64,000 nt of DNA from Paramoeba atlantica (lineage: Eukaryota > Protista > Discosea), in the NCBI GenBank assembly GCA_977017575.1, contig CDRNVI010000023.1:1-64000 (forward strand), in the 5' to 3' direction. How positions within the stretch are numbered: position 1 is the stretch's first letter; every line of letters starts with the position of its first letter. This document shows, one piece after another, positions 32,625 through 43,027 of the stretch. The notes under the pieces are model-generated. The model searched no databases, was not told the DNA's origin, and saw nothing but the letters and a program-made list of their open reading frames with translations. The translations under genes were made by a program, and so were the position numbers.

Positions 32625-35600
32625 ATGTCGTACGACAAGCAATTGTATAACAGACAGGAATACGCCGTGGGAACGGAGGCCCAGGCGAAAATCTCCGCCG
32701 CGGACGTTCTTCTGATCGGGCTCTCCGGCACGGGATGTGAGATTGCAAAAAACTTGGTCCTTACCGGAATCCGGAGCATCACGTTGCGCGACCACGCACG
32801 GGTTTCCTATATGGACCTTGCGACGCTTTTCTTCGCCGGAGAGAACGACATTGGGGCACCCCGTGTTGCTGTTGTCACCGACAAGCTTGCCGAGCTCAAC
32901 CCCTATGTCACAATTCGCAGCCAGCACCCAGGTGCTGCCCTCCATGGCCTCACCCCGGAGGAGCTCTCAGCCTACTCCGTGGTTGTGGTCGTGGACCAGC
33001 CGTATTCCAGCCGTGACGTTCTGGCCCTCAATGCACTCTGCCGCTCCCTTGGCATTGCATTTGTCCTTGCTGAGACCCGTGGGCTGTGTGCGGCTCTGTT
33101 TGTGGACTTTGGGGACAACTTCACTGTGTTGGACCGTAACGGGGAGGACTACCCCACGTGTTTAGTGAATGCCGTAACCGCGGAGGGTGCCGTGCTGTGT
33201 CACGAGGACCAGCGACATGGTCTCGAGGAGGGGGATGTGGTGATGTTCCACGCCATGTCCGGGGAACTCGAGGGGTTGTTGCACAAGGAGTGGGTTGTGA
33301 AGCAGGTCACGACTCCGCATAACTTCGTGCTCGACCTCGGCGGGCGTATGTTCGGGTGTGACGCCTATGATCGACGCGGCACGGTGCGTGGGGTAAAAAA
33401 GAGCGTGGTTATGAAATTCAGGTGTCTGGAACAAAATATCGCTGACCCATCCTACGTTTATTCGGATCTTGGTAAGTTTGATGCCCCTCCGCAGCTTCAT
33501 GCTTACTTTCGAGCCCTTCATCGCTATCAGGAACACAATCAACGCTTACCTCAAGCGGGGTCCGAGCACGATGCGCAAAGCGTTGTACAACTTATGAAGG
33601 AGTTGGCTCCTGACCTTGAATTCGACTCAAACCTGTTTATGTCTTTTGCCATGGGAGCATGCGGAAGCTTTGCTGGGATAAGTACTCTTATTGGGGGTAT
33701 TGCGGCGCATGAAATCTTGAAGGGAGCAACCGGGAAGTTTACACCGATACAACAATTCTATTTCTTTGACGCTCGTGAGATGATCTCAAGTGCTAAAATT
33801 CCATCAGAGAGCAGAAAAGCACAGTCTTGCCGGTATGATGCGCAGATCGCTATTTTTGGTGCCGAAGCCCAACAAAAGTTTTTAAGGCAATCTTTGTTTC
33901 TGGTCGGTGCAGGTGCCCTTGGCTGTGAGCTTATCAAAAATTTCGCGCTTTGCGGTCTGGGATGTTCTCCTGAGGGTCGTATTGTAGTAACAGATATGGA
34001 TACTATAGAGAAATCGAATCTTTCTCGTCAGTTTTTGTTTCGTAATTCCGACATTGGAAAGGCAAAGTCGATCTGTGCTTCGAAAAAAGGACGCGAGATG
34101 AATCCACATCTAAACATGTATCCTATGCAAGACAAAGTAGGGGAAGGGACGGAGGATACGTTTCATGACCACTTCTGGAGTTCTCTTTCCGGTGTGTGTA
34201 CCGCTTTGGATAACGTAGTGGCTCGTACCTATGTCGACGGCGAGTGCGTGGCTCATCGACTTCCGATGTTTGACAGCGGTACATTGGGCTGTCAAGCAAA
34301 TGCTCAAGTAGTTATTCCTCACTTAACGGAGAGCTATGCCAGCAGCTCTGACCCTCCGGAGAAGAGCATTCCGGTGTGCACGCTGAAAAACTTTCCTAGC
34401 CAAATTGAGCACACAATCCAGTGGGCGCGTGAGTGCTTTGAAGGTGAGTTCGTCACCCGTATGCGCGAGCTTCATGGATACCTAACTGATGTGACTTTTA
34501 TTAGGCAGCTCGATAAGGAGCCCGGAACCAAACCAGAGATACTACAAGGTATCGCACAGTCTTTACGCTGTGCCCCTTCAAGCATCGAGGATTGTATCGT
34601 ATTTGCTAGACACAAGTTTCAAGAATTTTTCTTTAATCAACCAGCAGAGTTGCTTCACAATTTTCCCGTAGACAGCACCACCCCCAGCGGTGCTCCTTTC
34701 TGGATTGGACCAAAAAGGGCGCCTATCCCCCTTTTATTTGACCCGAATAACGAATTGCACGTAGATTTCGTCGAATCCGCGGCACATTTACGGGCCTGCA
34801 ATTATGGACTTAGCGCTATGGCCTTCAATTGCACACGTACCCACGTCGCGCGTGTTGCTGCGGAAGCAACCATGCCATCTTTTCAACCCCGAAAAATGCG
34901 AATTCAGACTGAACCCGATGACAACACCGTATCCCACGAGTCGAACGCCGAAAAGGGTGAGAACTCCGTTAAGCTACCCGACGCATCATTATATTCTGTA
35001 CTTTCTGAACAATTGTGCCCCATCGAATTTGAAAAGGACAACGATGAAAACCACCACATTGCCTTTGTCACAGCGTGCTCGAACCTCCGTGCGACATGTT
35101 ACGGGATTGAGACCGCAAACTTCGATCGTACAAAGTTAATAGCCGGGCGCATTATTCCAGCCATGGTTACCACGACTGCGGCTATAACAGGAGTGGTCCT
35201 TATGGAGTTAATGAAGCATATTATACTTCCATCCGAGGATCATACCTTAACACGATTTCGTAACGCATTTTTAAACCTTGCATTAGGATTCACTACATTT
35301 AGTGACCCTCTAGCGCCTCGGTCCACGACTTATGGCCCTCCCAGTGATCCCAAGAAGCATCGCTGGACGTTGTGGGATCGCATTATTGTGTGTATTGGCC
35401 GGGAGCTTTCCTTGCGAGAGTTTCTTGATTTTATGCAGAAAGAGCACGGGCTTGAAATTTCCATGATGAGTTGTGGCACATGCATTGTGTACTCATGTTT
35501 CAGTGCCGCTTCCAAGGTTAGGATGGAGAAACTTTTGAGTTGTGTGGTCGAAGAAGTCTCCAAAAAGCCTTTGCCTTCCCATGGTCGCTACTTGCAGTTC

Positions 35601-35669
35601 GAAGCTATGGCAACGATCGAGGATGAAGATGTAGACATTCCTCCTATTCGGTATCAGTACCGTTTTTGA
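32625..35669 (+). CDS. UBA1: Ubiquitin-activating enzyme E1
   Basis: YNRQEYAVG, GLSGTGCEIAKNLVLTGI, GAGALGCELIKN, DMDTIEKSNLSRQFLF, PVCTLKNFP (catalytic Cys), FEKDND and AGRIIPAMVTTTA. Confidence 0.95.
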   Translation: MSYDKQLYNRQEYAVGTEAQAKISAADVLLIGLSGTGCEIAKNLVLTGIRSITLRDHARVSYMDLATLFFAGENDIGAPRVAVVTDKLAELNPYVTIRSQHPGAALHGLTPEELSAYSVVVVVDQPYSSRDVLALNALCRSLGIAFVLAETRGLCAALFVDFGDNFTVLDRNGEDYPTCLVNAVTAEGAVLCHEDQRHGLEEGDVVMFHAMSGELEGLLHKEWVVKQVTTPHNFVLDLGGRMFGCDAYDRRGTVRGVKKSVVMKFRCLEQNIADPSYVYSDLGKFDAPPQLHAYFRALHRYQEHNQRLPQAGSEHDAQSVVQLMKELAPDLEFDSNLFMSFAMGACGSFAGISTLIGGIAAHEILKGATGKFTPIQQFYFFDAREMISSAKIPSESRKAQSCRYDAQIAIFGAEAQQKFLRQSLFLVGAGALGCELIKNFALCGLGCSPEGRIVVTDMDTIEKSNLSRQFLFRNSDIGKAKSICASKKGREMNPHLNMYPMQDKVGEGTEDTFHDHFWSSLSGVCTALDNVVARTYVDGECVAHRLPMFDSGTLGCQANAQVVIPHLTESYASSSDPPEKSIPVCTLKNFPSQIEHTIQWARECFEGEFVTRMRELHGYLTDVTFIRQLDKEPGTKPEILQGIAQSLRCAPSSIEDCIVFARHKFQEFFFNQPAELLHNFPVDSTTPSGAPFWIGPKRAPIPLLFDPNNELHVDFVESAAHLRACNYGLSAMAFNCTRTHVARVAAEATMPSFQPRKMRIQTEPDDNTVSHESNAEKGENSVKLPDASLYSVLSEQLCPIEFEKDNDENHHIAFVTACSNLRATCYGIETANFDRTKLIAGRIIPAMVTTTAAITGVVLMELMKHIILPSEDHTLTRFRNAFLNLALGFTTFSDPLAPRSTTYGPPSDPKKHRWTLWDRIIVCIGRELSLREFLDFMQKEHGLEISMMSCGTCIVYSCFSAASKVRMEKLLSCVVEEVSKKPLPSHGRYLQFEAMATIEDEDVDIPPIRYQYRF

Positions 35670-36141
35670 GTATCCGTTAATGAGCATTCTTTATACCTAC
35701 AGAACGACATCGCTGTATCATCTAAACTCAAGAAGTTTTCTAGGCTTTTGAACAACTGACGCCCCGAAAACGATAAACTACAAATTAATGTGCTACTTTT
35801 GCTTGTTGTCTCTGTAAGTTAATCCTGTAAATCTCAATCCGCTTCTATGACATCGTTCAAGTGTGAGCTAATGCACGCTATAAAATTCGTGCACATGCAT
35901 GTACTAAGACTATTGTCTTACTTTTCGTAAGACTTTACGAATGGCTTATACTTCTGTTGTTTTTGCCCCAGCTTACAGCCTTCAACTCTACCTTCCAATA
36001 AGAAGTCATTGACACTTCACTGAGGCACATATTGTTCCTAAAAATGTGCCAACGAATCTAAATAAATGGTATTTTTATAAAGTAACTTTACTATTCCAAA
36101 TCCTGTTTAACACACACTATCTTATCACGCGACTCCTTAAC

Positions 36142-37029
36142 ATGTTCTTTCCCTCCGTTATCACCTCAGTTCACCTTCCCCTTCTACAGACGGGCGAGGC
36201 CATCCCCGAGTCCCGCTTCTCCACCACCTCATCAGCCCTTCGTAATCTTTCCCCGGAACAGGAGCTGTGCACATTCCTCCACGAGGTTGAGAACCTCGAC
36301 CGCACATGGACCACATATCGTCCAATCGCCCAATGGGCCCGGGTCGGGCTTGACGCCAACGGACACGTCGCCAACTTGCTGTTTGACAACCAAACCCCAA
36401 AGCTGCGGGGACCGCTGCTGTGGGACTCCCTACCTGAGAGTACCCAAGTGCTTTACCTCCACAACAACCAGATCCGAGGAGGGCTGGACGTCGGGACGCT
36501 TCCCCGAGGGCTGCGCAAGCTTGCGCTGGACCACAACCACATGAACGGGCCGCTGGATTTAACGGCCCTCCCCCCGAGGATGGAGAAGCTGTGGATTGGG
36601 TTTAACGCCTTTTCAGGGGCCCTCGACGTGACATCACTGCCACAGACCCTGGAGGTACTCAGTACGACACGCAACCACTTCACCGGGGGCATCTCCCTGA
36701 CGTCGCTTCCCCAGGCGATGGAACTCTTAGAGCTCTCTGAGTGTGCTCTAGATGGGGAGATCGACCTCACACATCTCCCGGCGTCGTTGCTCGAATTGAA
36801 CCTTTCAACGAACCATTTTACAGGAAGCGTGGACTTCTCAGCACTGCCCACAAAATTGATACATCTTCATTTGAATCGTAACCGATTCACTGGTGTGGCC
36901 CATTTGATGGACGTCCCCGCGAGCGTGAAGCTCATCGCATTGAAAGGAAACCGATTCGAAGTGATTGCGCCCCCAGAGAAATACGACCAAGCCTACGAAG
37001 AGTACATAATTGAAGAAAAGGAGGCATAA
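36142..37029 (+). CDS. Leucine-rich repeat protein (family copy 2)
   Basis: PEQELCTFLHEVEN...W cap and LxLxxNxxxG/LDLTxLP repeats. The start is placed at ATG 36142. Confidence 0.85.
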   Translation: MFFPSVITSVHLPLLQTGEAIPESRFSTTSSALRNLSPEQELCTFLHEVENLDRTWTTYRPIAQWARVGLDANGHVANLLFDNQTPKLRGPLLWDSLPESTQVLYLHNNQIRGGLDVGTLPRGLRKLALDHNHMNGPLDLTALPPRMEKLWIGFNAFSGALDVTSLPQTLEVLSTTRNHFTGGISLTSLPQAMELLELSECALDGEIDLTHLPASLLELNLSTNHFTGSVDFSALPTKLIHLHLNRNRFTGVAHLMDVPASVKLIALKGNRFEVIAPPEKYDQAYEEYIIEEKEA

Positions 37030-37401
37030 TTATTTTTTTTGTATGCAAACTGTTTCGTACTTCAATAGAGAAATATTCAGTTAGACAATATGGGAGTAAA
37101 TTATGTTGTGCATCCTAACTTTTCTTATGCAGTGCAAATTGCACCGCGGGATCGGCTTCACAAACCCACCGCTGATGGGCGATTCTGGTCAAAAATTATT
37201 CGGTACTGTTTTTCCGACACGTATAATCGTTTTGGTTGTTTTTCGTTAATGATCAAGAATAATACGCTTTTCCTTGTTATCATTTGATTCTAGACAGGGC
37301 TCGTGAAATCAATGACCCCACCTCTCCGGGGGTAGAGTCCTATCGTACACGATTTACTACACATATACACATTATAGACCTTTTTCTTCTTACTATCCTG
37401 C

Positions 37402-38721
37402 ATGTCGGGGCTTGGCTACGACCCCACCGCATGGACGCGACAAGGCTGGAGCCAATCCAGCTCCTCCCACACCCCGGATTATCCGTCCACCAAACCTGAG
37501 CCTGGCGACCCACTCCCCCAAGCTGCATCTCAACCCTCTAACCCACCCCCCTGGGTGGGCCAACCCAGACCCCACGGCACACCCCATACCCACCCCTTTC
37601 CCGACCCCTTCGAAACTCTAACCTCCTCGAACAACCCCTCAACTTCCACACCATTCCCCCCGTCCCACGCCGTACCCCACCCCACTGCCCCTCCCCCCCA
37701 ACGCACCGCCTCGCTCCCTTCCCACCCAACGTCCTCTGACGCTTTCCCCTTTTCCCCGTTCGACCCTCTTCCTCCCCAACCTCCTCCCCAGGGCGCCTCA
37801 CCCGACGTCAACCTCCCTCCATGGGGATCGCCTTCCCCGACCCACCCCTCGGGACCCCCTTCCACTCCCTACCCCAACACGACGTCTACCTACCCCAACA
37901 CAAGCTCTACCTACCCCAACACGACGTCTACCTATCCCACAACAAACTCGAGTTATCTTAAGCCAACCTCTACCTACCCCACAACAACCTCTACCTACCC
38001 CTACACAACAGCATCTACCCATCCGACTCCCACCCCCACAACCCCTACCCCTACCCCCACCCCTCCTTACTCCACCCCTACCCCTACCGCTCCCCCTCTC
38101 CCTTACCCCTCTCACGACCCCCACGACCCCCACGACGACGACGCCGACCTCCCGCTCCTCACCGAGCTCGGCATCGACCTCTCCCACATCCGCGCCAAGG
38201 CCCACGCCCTCCTCCACCCCCTCGCCCCCCCCCTCCCCCCCTCCGCCGCCCGCGACCCCGACCTCACCGGCCCCCTCCTCCTCTGGCTCGCCCTCGCCGC
38301 CACCCTCTCCCTACGGCCCCATGCCGCCTCCCACGTCCCCACCCTCTACGCCCTCTCCTCCGTAGGCACCCTCGCCCTCTACGCCCTACTCAATGGGCTC
38401 GTGCCACTGGACAGCAGTAGTAGTGGCAGCAGTGGACCCCGTACCGTCCCCCTCCTCCTCGTCACCAGCGTCCTGGGCTACGGCCTGTTCCCCATGGTGG
38501 TGCTGAGTGCGGGGGTGGGGGCCGTGGGGGTACTCGGGCTCGGGGGGGCGTGGGGGGAGGCGGTGGTGCGGTACGGGGTGGCGCCCGGGATGACCGGGTG
38601 GGCGGCGTGGTGTGGGGGGCGGATGCTCGTGGAGGGGTTGGGGATGGAGAGGCAGCGGGGGGTGGTCGTGTACCCGTTGGGGTTGTTTTATGCGCTGGTG
38701 GTGTATGTGATATTGTGTTGA
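37402..38721 (+). CDS. Yip1-domain Golgi/ER trafficking protein with Pro/Thr-rich N-terminus
   Basis: PLLTELGIDLSHIRAK, DPDLTGPLL, SVLGYGLFPMV and YPLGLFY; multi-pass C-terminal half. Confidence 0.85.
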   Translation: MSGLGYDPTAWTRQGWSQSSSSHTPDYPSTKPEPGDPLPQAASQPSNPPPWVGQPRPHGTPHTHPFPDPFETLTSSNNPSTSTPFPPSHAVPHPTAPPPQRTASLPSHPTSSDAFPFSPFDPLPPQPPPQGASPDVNLPPWGSPSPTHPSGPPSTPYPNTTSTYPNTSSTYPNTTSTYPTTNSSYLKPTSTYPTTTSTYPYTTASTHPTPTPTTPTPTPTPPYSTPTPTAPPLPYPSHDPHDPHDDDADLPLLTELGIDLSHIRAKAHALLHPLAPPLPPSAARDPDLTGPLLLWLALAATLSLRPHAASHVPTLYALSSVGTLALYALLNGLVPLDSSSSGSSGPRTVPLLLVTSVLGYGLFPMVVLSAGVGAVGVLGLGGAWGEAVVRYGVAPGMTGWAAWCGGRMLVEGLGMERQRGVVVYPLGLFYALVVYVILC

Positions 38722-38749
38722 GAAGGGGGGGGGGTGTAGTGGATGTATA

Positions 38750-39516
38750 CAGTCCAGGTATTGGTTTCCCCCCAGGCTCCAGAACACACCGTAAGAGCTT
38801 TTGACCTAATTCCTTCGGCATTCGACAGATCTCGAAAAACTAGAACGTTTCCCACAGTTGCTCTGCCTATCACCCCCCGTGGGTCCTAGGTGGGCGTGGT
38901 GAAAGTTGGCAAAATTCAAAAAAAAATGAGGGGGGGTAAAAACTGAAAAAATTGTGTATAGATTCCTATATATTAATACCTACAATGGTCTCCTTGAACG
39001 CTCCGCACAATTCACAAGCGTTTAGGAACCGAATTTATACAAATTAAGAATTGGCTTCCATAAGGATGACGCTTAAGCATCATAAAGGCTTTCTTTATAG
39101 CCTTCCGGAGCTGTTTTTCAGTCTCTGGTTTCAAATTTTCCTTCACAATTCGGTCAAGGCGCTCTGGGAGTGCACATCGTGACGTTTTATGGGTAATAGG
39201 GGGCGCTTTTCGGCGAGTTATACTGGCCTTTAGTACTGGCCTTTAGTAGATTTGACGGGAGTATCCCTCAAATTCATAGAATGAGAAACCATATTCGAAT
39301 AAAAAGCTCCCAAAAATTTGAATTATTGGGATTTTTTAGTAAAATTATGCTATTTTTTCGTGTTTTTTCTAAATACTTTTGACCCAGGGGGGGTGATAGG
39401 CAAACAAACGGCGGTAAACGCTCTAGTTTTTCGAGATCTGTTGAATGCCGAAGGAATTAGGTCAAAAGCTCTTACGGTGTGTTCTGGAGCCTGGGAGGGA
39501 ACCAGTACCTGGACTG
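38750..39516 (-). mobile_element. Internally deleted Tc1/mariner transposon (767 bp) with ~136-bp TIRs
   Basis: TA|CAGTCCAGG...CCTGGACTG|TA, with TIRs at 38750-~38885 and 39381-39516. The interior carries a transposase C-terminal remnant. Confidence 0.85.
38973..39220 (-). pseudogene. Tc1/mariner transposase C-terminal remnant
   Basis: YNSPKSAP (frameshifted; compare SPDLxP), then RLDRIVKENLKPETEKQLRKAIKKAF...LICINSVPKRL*IVRSVQGDHCRY*, matching the Tc1 tail SMPxRLxxVIxxxGxxxxY. Confidence 0.65.
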
Positions 39517-39691
39517 TATATACATAGAAAGGGGGTTGTGGATAGGCAAAAAGTTTTAAGGGTAAAGGGTGGGTGCGTGAGGGAGGAGAGGGAGAGGGAG
39601 GAAAATCGGGTATTGGCTTTGATAAACATTTGAAGCGAGGTGTAGTTTACTGTTTTGTAGTCTTTTCGAAAATGGACATGATTCAAAGCCT

Positions 39692-41629
39692 ATGTCCGTG
39701 GTTTCAACAAAAGAGGATCCTTCGCTTAGAATACAACGGATTCTTGAGCGTGGCATACTCCCTGCCCAATGTAGACCTAATGACTTAGATAGAGAAGGTC
39801 TTGCGGAACCGGTAGACTTTCAAACGCACAATACTGTTATCAAAAACTATCCCCGGACAATTCTTATTCACGGACCCAGTGGGAGTGGTAAAATATCATC
39901 CATACGAAAGGCTTGTCGCAATCTTCAAGATGTTTGCTGTGGCTCCTCGGACGACCTCGAACCTCTGTATAATATGAAATTTGTGAGTCCTATGGACCTT
40001 TTGAGCGGCAACACCGATTGGCTCAATAAGCCAATGATGCGTACGGAAAAGCGATATGCCGCGTCCGCAAGGATGCCGAGGAACGAACCTTTGCGAACTC
40101 GGCGAAATATTTTTATTATTCGGAGCGTTGATACGCTCTTTCCGAATTCTTCTTTTGGCTGGTGTCCTGCTGACCCTGATCCTGATTTTAGCACAACCTG
40201 TTATGTAGGAAGTCCTCAGTGCTCGCTCGCCGCTTTCGTGTGTGCACTGCGCGAGGTTAATGATTGGTACTCATCTGCCGAGCCTTCGAGTTTCGAAAGG
40301 GCCGAGCCGCCGTTCGTGTTTTGCACTGCTCGAAAAGAGTCTGATATTCACCCATGGATAAGCCAAGCAGTTCGATGTGTGTCACAGTATTCGGTGCCCA
40401 CAATGTTAGAACGTATGACCTTAATACAAAGCATTGCGGAACAATCTTCACTAGCAACGAGGCTCTCCAATCAAGCCGAAACAATAGAAGAAACCTCAGA
40501 TAGCTCTGCCACCGCGGTAGAATTTCGATCGATTACCACGAAAGCACCTAGCGAGGACAGTGCAGTTCATGAGCTTGCTTCAAAAATGGGAGGATACAGC
40601 ACAGGGGAGGTCAATTTTGTCACGAAACTGATTTTTGAGGAGGCGACGTCATGTGATAACTTCAATAGCGTCGGATCCATGAGAGATTTATGCAACCAAT
40701 TGTCTCCGTCTTTGCTTATTGGGCCTAAACATGAAAATGGGGACGTACCAAAGTTGGAAAAAGTATTGTGGAGCGATGTGGTGGGTCAGTGCAAAGCGAA
40801 GAATGCGCTGAGACATCTATTTTCTACTGAAAAATTGGACCGCTCTTCTCCTAGCGCTGTTATTTCCAGTTCTAAAAATATATTGCTATACGGACCCCCA
40901 GGAACTGGCAAGTCAATGTTAGCGCAGGCGGCTGCATATGAAGTCGGGGCCTCCTTTTATTTTGTCACAGTGACGAGTATTCTTACGGCAGCTGTTGGGG
41001 AATCGGAACAAAAGTTACATGAAATATTTTGCAAAGCGCGTGGCACTTCGCCATCAATAATCTTTTTTGATGAAATAGAGGCACTTTTTCCATCACAAGA
41101 ACGCACAGAGGAGGGCTCTACTCATCCTCTCGTCTCCTTGTTATGCCTTGAAATGGATCAACTACATTTCGAACAAAAGAATGTACGCATTTTGGCTGCC
41201 ACAAACACCCCAACGCGCGTTCATGCCTCAATACTCCGTAGTAATCGCATTGACAAACACATATTCGTCGGACTTCCCACTCACGGAGAAGTCGAAGGTT
41301 ATTTAAGAACTGTAGAGTTTCCTGCCCACGAAAATCTTGTTACTCATTTACTTTGTGAGCTGTCCTTGCGACACAAGGAACGTTCATGTCATGACATGTT
41401 TCCTTTATGGAATGTTTCTCTAGGATGCACCATAAGCGATGTGAAATCCTTATGTAAAGTGATGCGACTAAAGGCTTGCGAACGGTTAGTCTCCGAGAAC
41501 TCGAGCAGTATGTCTAATGAAGTTACACCAAACGAACGTGACGTCTCGTATACTGTATCCATAATGCCACATTCTTGCAGCCCTAAGGAATTGCAAGAGT
41601 CCATGGATTGGGATTCAAAAGGACAGTGA
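39692..41629 (+). CDS. CDC48-like AAA+ ATPase with degenerate D1 and intact D2
   Basis: D1 GPSGSGKI with no DE Walker B; D2 GPPGTGKS, IIFFDEIE and AATN...ILRSNRID. Confidence 0.8.
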   Translation: MSVVSTKEDPSLRIQRILERGILPAQCRPNDLDREGLAEPVDFQTHNTVIKNYPRTILIHGPSGSGKISSIRKACRNLQDVCCGSSDDLEPLYNMKFVSPMDLLSGNTDWLNKPMMRTEKRYAASARMPRNEPLRTRRNIFIIRSVDTLFPNSSFGWCPADPDPDFSTTCYVGSPQCSLAAFVCALREVNDWYSSAEPSSFERAEPPFVFCTARKESDIHPWISQAVRCVSQYSVPTMLERMTLIQSIAEQSSLATRLSNQAETIEETSDSSATAVEFRSITTKAPSEDSAVHELASKMGGYSTGEVNFVTKLIFEEATSCDNFNSVGSMRDLCNQLSPSLLIGPKHENGDVPKLEKVLWSDVVGQCKAKNALRHLFSTEKLDRSSPSAVISSSKNILLYGPPGTGKSMLAQAAAYEVGASFYFVTVTSILTAAVGESEQKLHEIFCKARGTSPSIIFFDEIEALFPSQERTEEGSTHPLVSLLCLEMDQLHFEQKNVRILAATNTPTRVHASILRSNRIDKHIFVGLPTHGEVEGYLRTVEFPAHENLVTHLLCELSLRHKERSCHDMFPLWNVSLGCTISDVKSLCKVMRLKACERLVSENSSSMSNEVTPNERDVSYTVSIMPHSCSPKELQESMDWDSKGQ

Positions 41630-41967
41630 TCTAAAGGATAATGATATTTTTCTTCGTTTTCCGCGCCATCCTGTTCTATGATTTACTACGAGTCTTCCGC
41701 TCCAGTTGAATTCCTTACTGTGCCATCTAGCAGCCCGGTGATGGGATACCCAAGTCAGATAAAAAACAATTCTAAAGCTGTTGAAAGCTACAAAAACCAA
41801 ATTAACGTCGTAGTATATTGTATGTCGTATGTTACTCCCTCAATTCGACTGATTTCGTTCGCTATAATTAATGTTTTCTTCAGGAATTATATTTATGAGA
41901 TCGCACGTAGTAGTACAAAGGAATAGGATAGCGGATTGTGTAGAACTTCATTCAATCGTAATAGAAA

Positions 41968-42768
41968 ATGTCGGATGATCAACTGACTCACGTTGAAAAA
42001 CGTAGCTCTGCTCGAGGAAAGATTCGTGGTGCCTGTTTCCCTCCAGAAGTCGAACTTGCACTATTTACAAAATATCTTAAAAATACGGATTCCACGTGGA
42101 ATACTCATGTTCCCGCCTGTAAGTGGCCTGGAATTCGTTGCACCGATCCTACTATACCTGATGCTGTTACAGACCTTGACTGGGGGTTCGGTGACCTTCA
42201 AGGAATTCCACAATGGAGCCACATACCCTCGTCTGTACGCCGAATAAATGTGTTTCTTAATGGACTAACGGGAGAGGTGCCACTCAGCCTTCTACCTCGT
42301 GGACTTGACGAATTGGATTTGGCAGGCAACAGATTTAGTGGTACACTAGATCTAGAGAATATGCCACCTGATGTGAGTGATGCAAGTTTTGGTTCAAACT
42401 TGTTTGATGGTACACTCGATCTTAGTACGTTACCCGCGAATATTTTAGAATTTCACGCATATAAAAATTTCTTTGTGGGGTCTCTAAATCTTACTACATT
42501 ACCACAATCACTGGAACATCTGGATCTCAGCGCTAACCTATTTTCAGGTGGTATCGATTTGAGTCGTCTTCCCCGTGATTTCTTAGTTCTTAATCTGGCA
42601 TCAAATCGTCTGGAGAAGGTAACAGGATTAGATTTACTGCCTTCCACCTTGGAAGAGCTGAACCTTGCGAAGAACCTTGAGCTTTGTGGAGAGTACAATA
42701 AAGCCTCGTTACCTGTGTCTCTTGATTTTGAAATCCTAGAGACAAACCTAGTTGGTGTAGGGGCATAG
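41968..42768 (+). CDS. Leucine-rich repeat protein (family copy 3)
   Basis: KIRGACFPPEVELALF, PACKWPGIRC cap, LDLxxNxFxG repeats. Confidence 0.85.
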   Translation: MSDDQLTHVEKRSSARGKIRGACFPPEVELALFTKYLKNTDSTWNTHVPACKWPGIRCTDPTIPDAVTDLDWGFGDLQGIPQWSHIPSSVRRINVFLNGLTGEVPLSLLPRGLDELDLAGNRFSGTLDLENMPPDVSDASFGSNLFDGTLDLSTLPANILEFHAYKNFFVGSLNLTTLPQSLEHLDLSANLFSGGIDLSRLPRDFLVLNLASNRLEKVTGLDLLPSTLEELNLAKNLELCGEYNKASLPVSLDFEILETNLVGVGA

Positions 42769-43027
42769 TTTTGGTATATAAGTACAAACGAGGGAAATCA
42801 ATTTTTGAATACAAAATTATTTGGGCCAGCATGCAGTCTTTGTGATACTCTTCTTATTTTCTTCAGAGATATATTTATAAAATTTTAGAGGCGAGAGGCT
42901 GTGGATGTGATCATTATGAATCACAGGGGGAGTACTACTGGTATCGTAAGTTATTTTATTAATCGCATTTTTATATATTTTCGTATCCACAACTTGATTC
43001 ACATTAAAAACATCTGTAGGAACCGAC

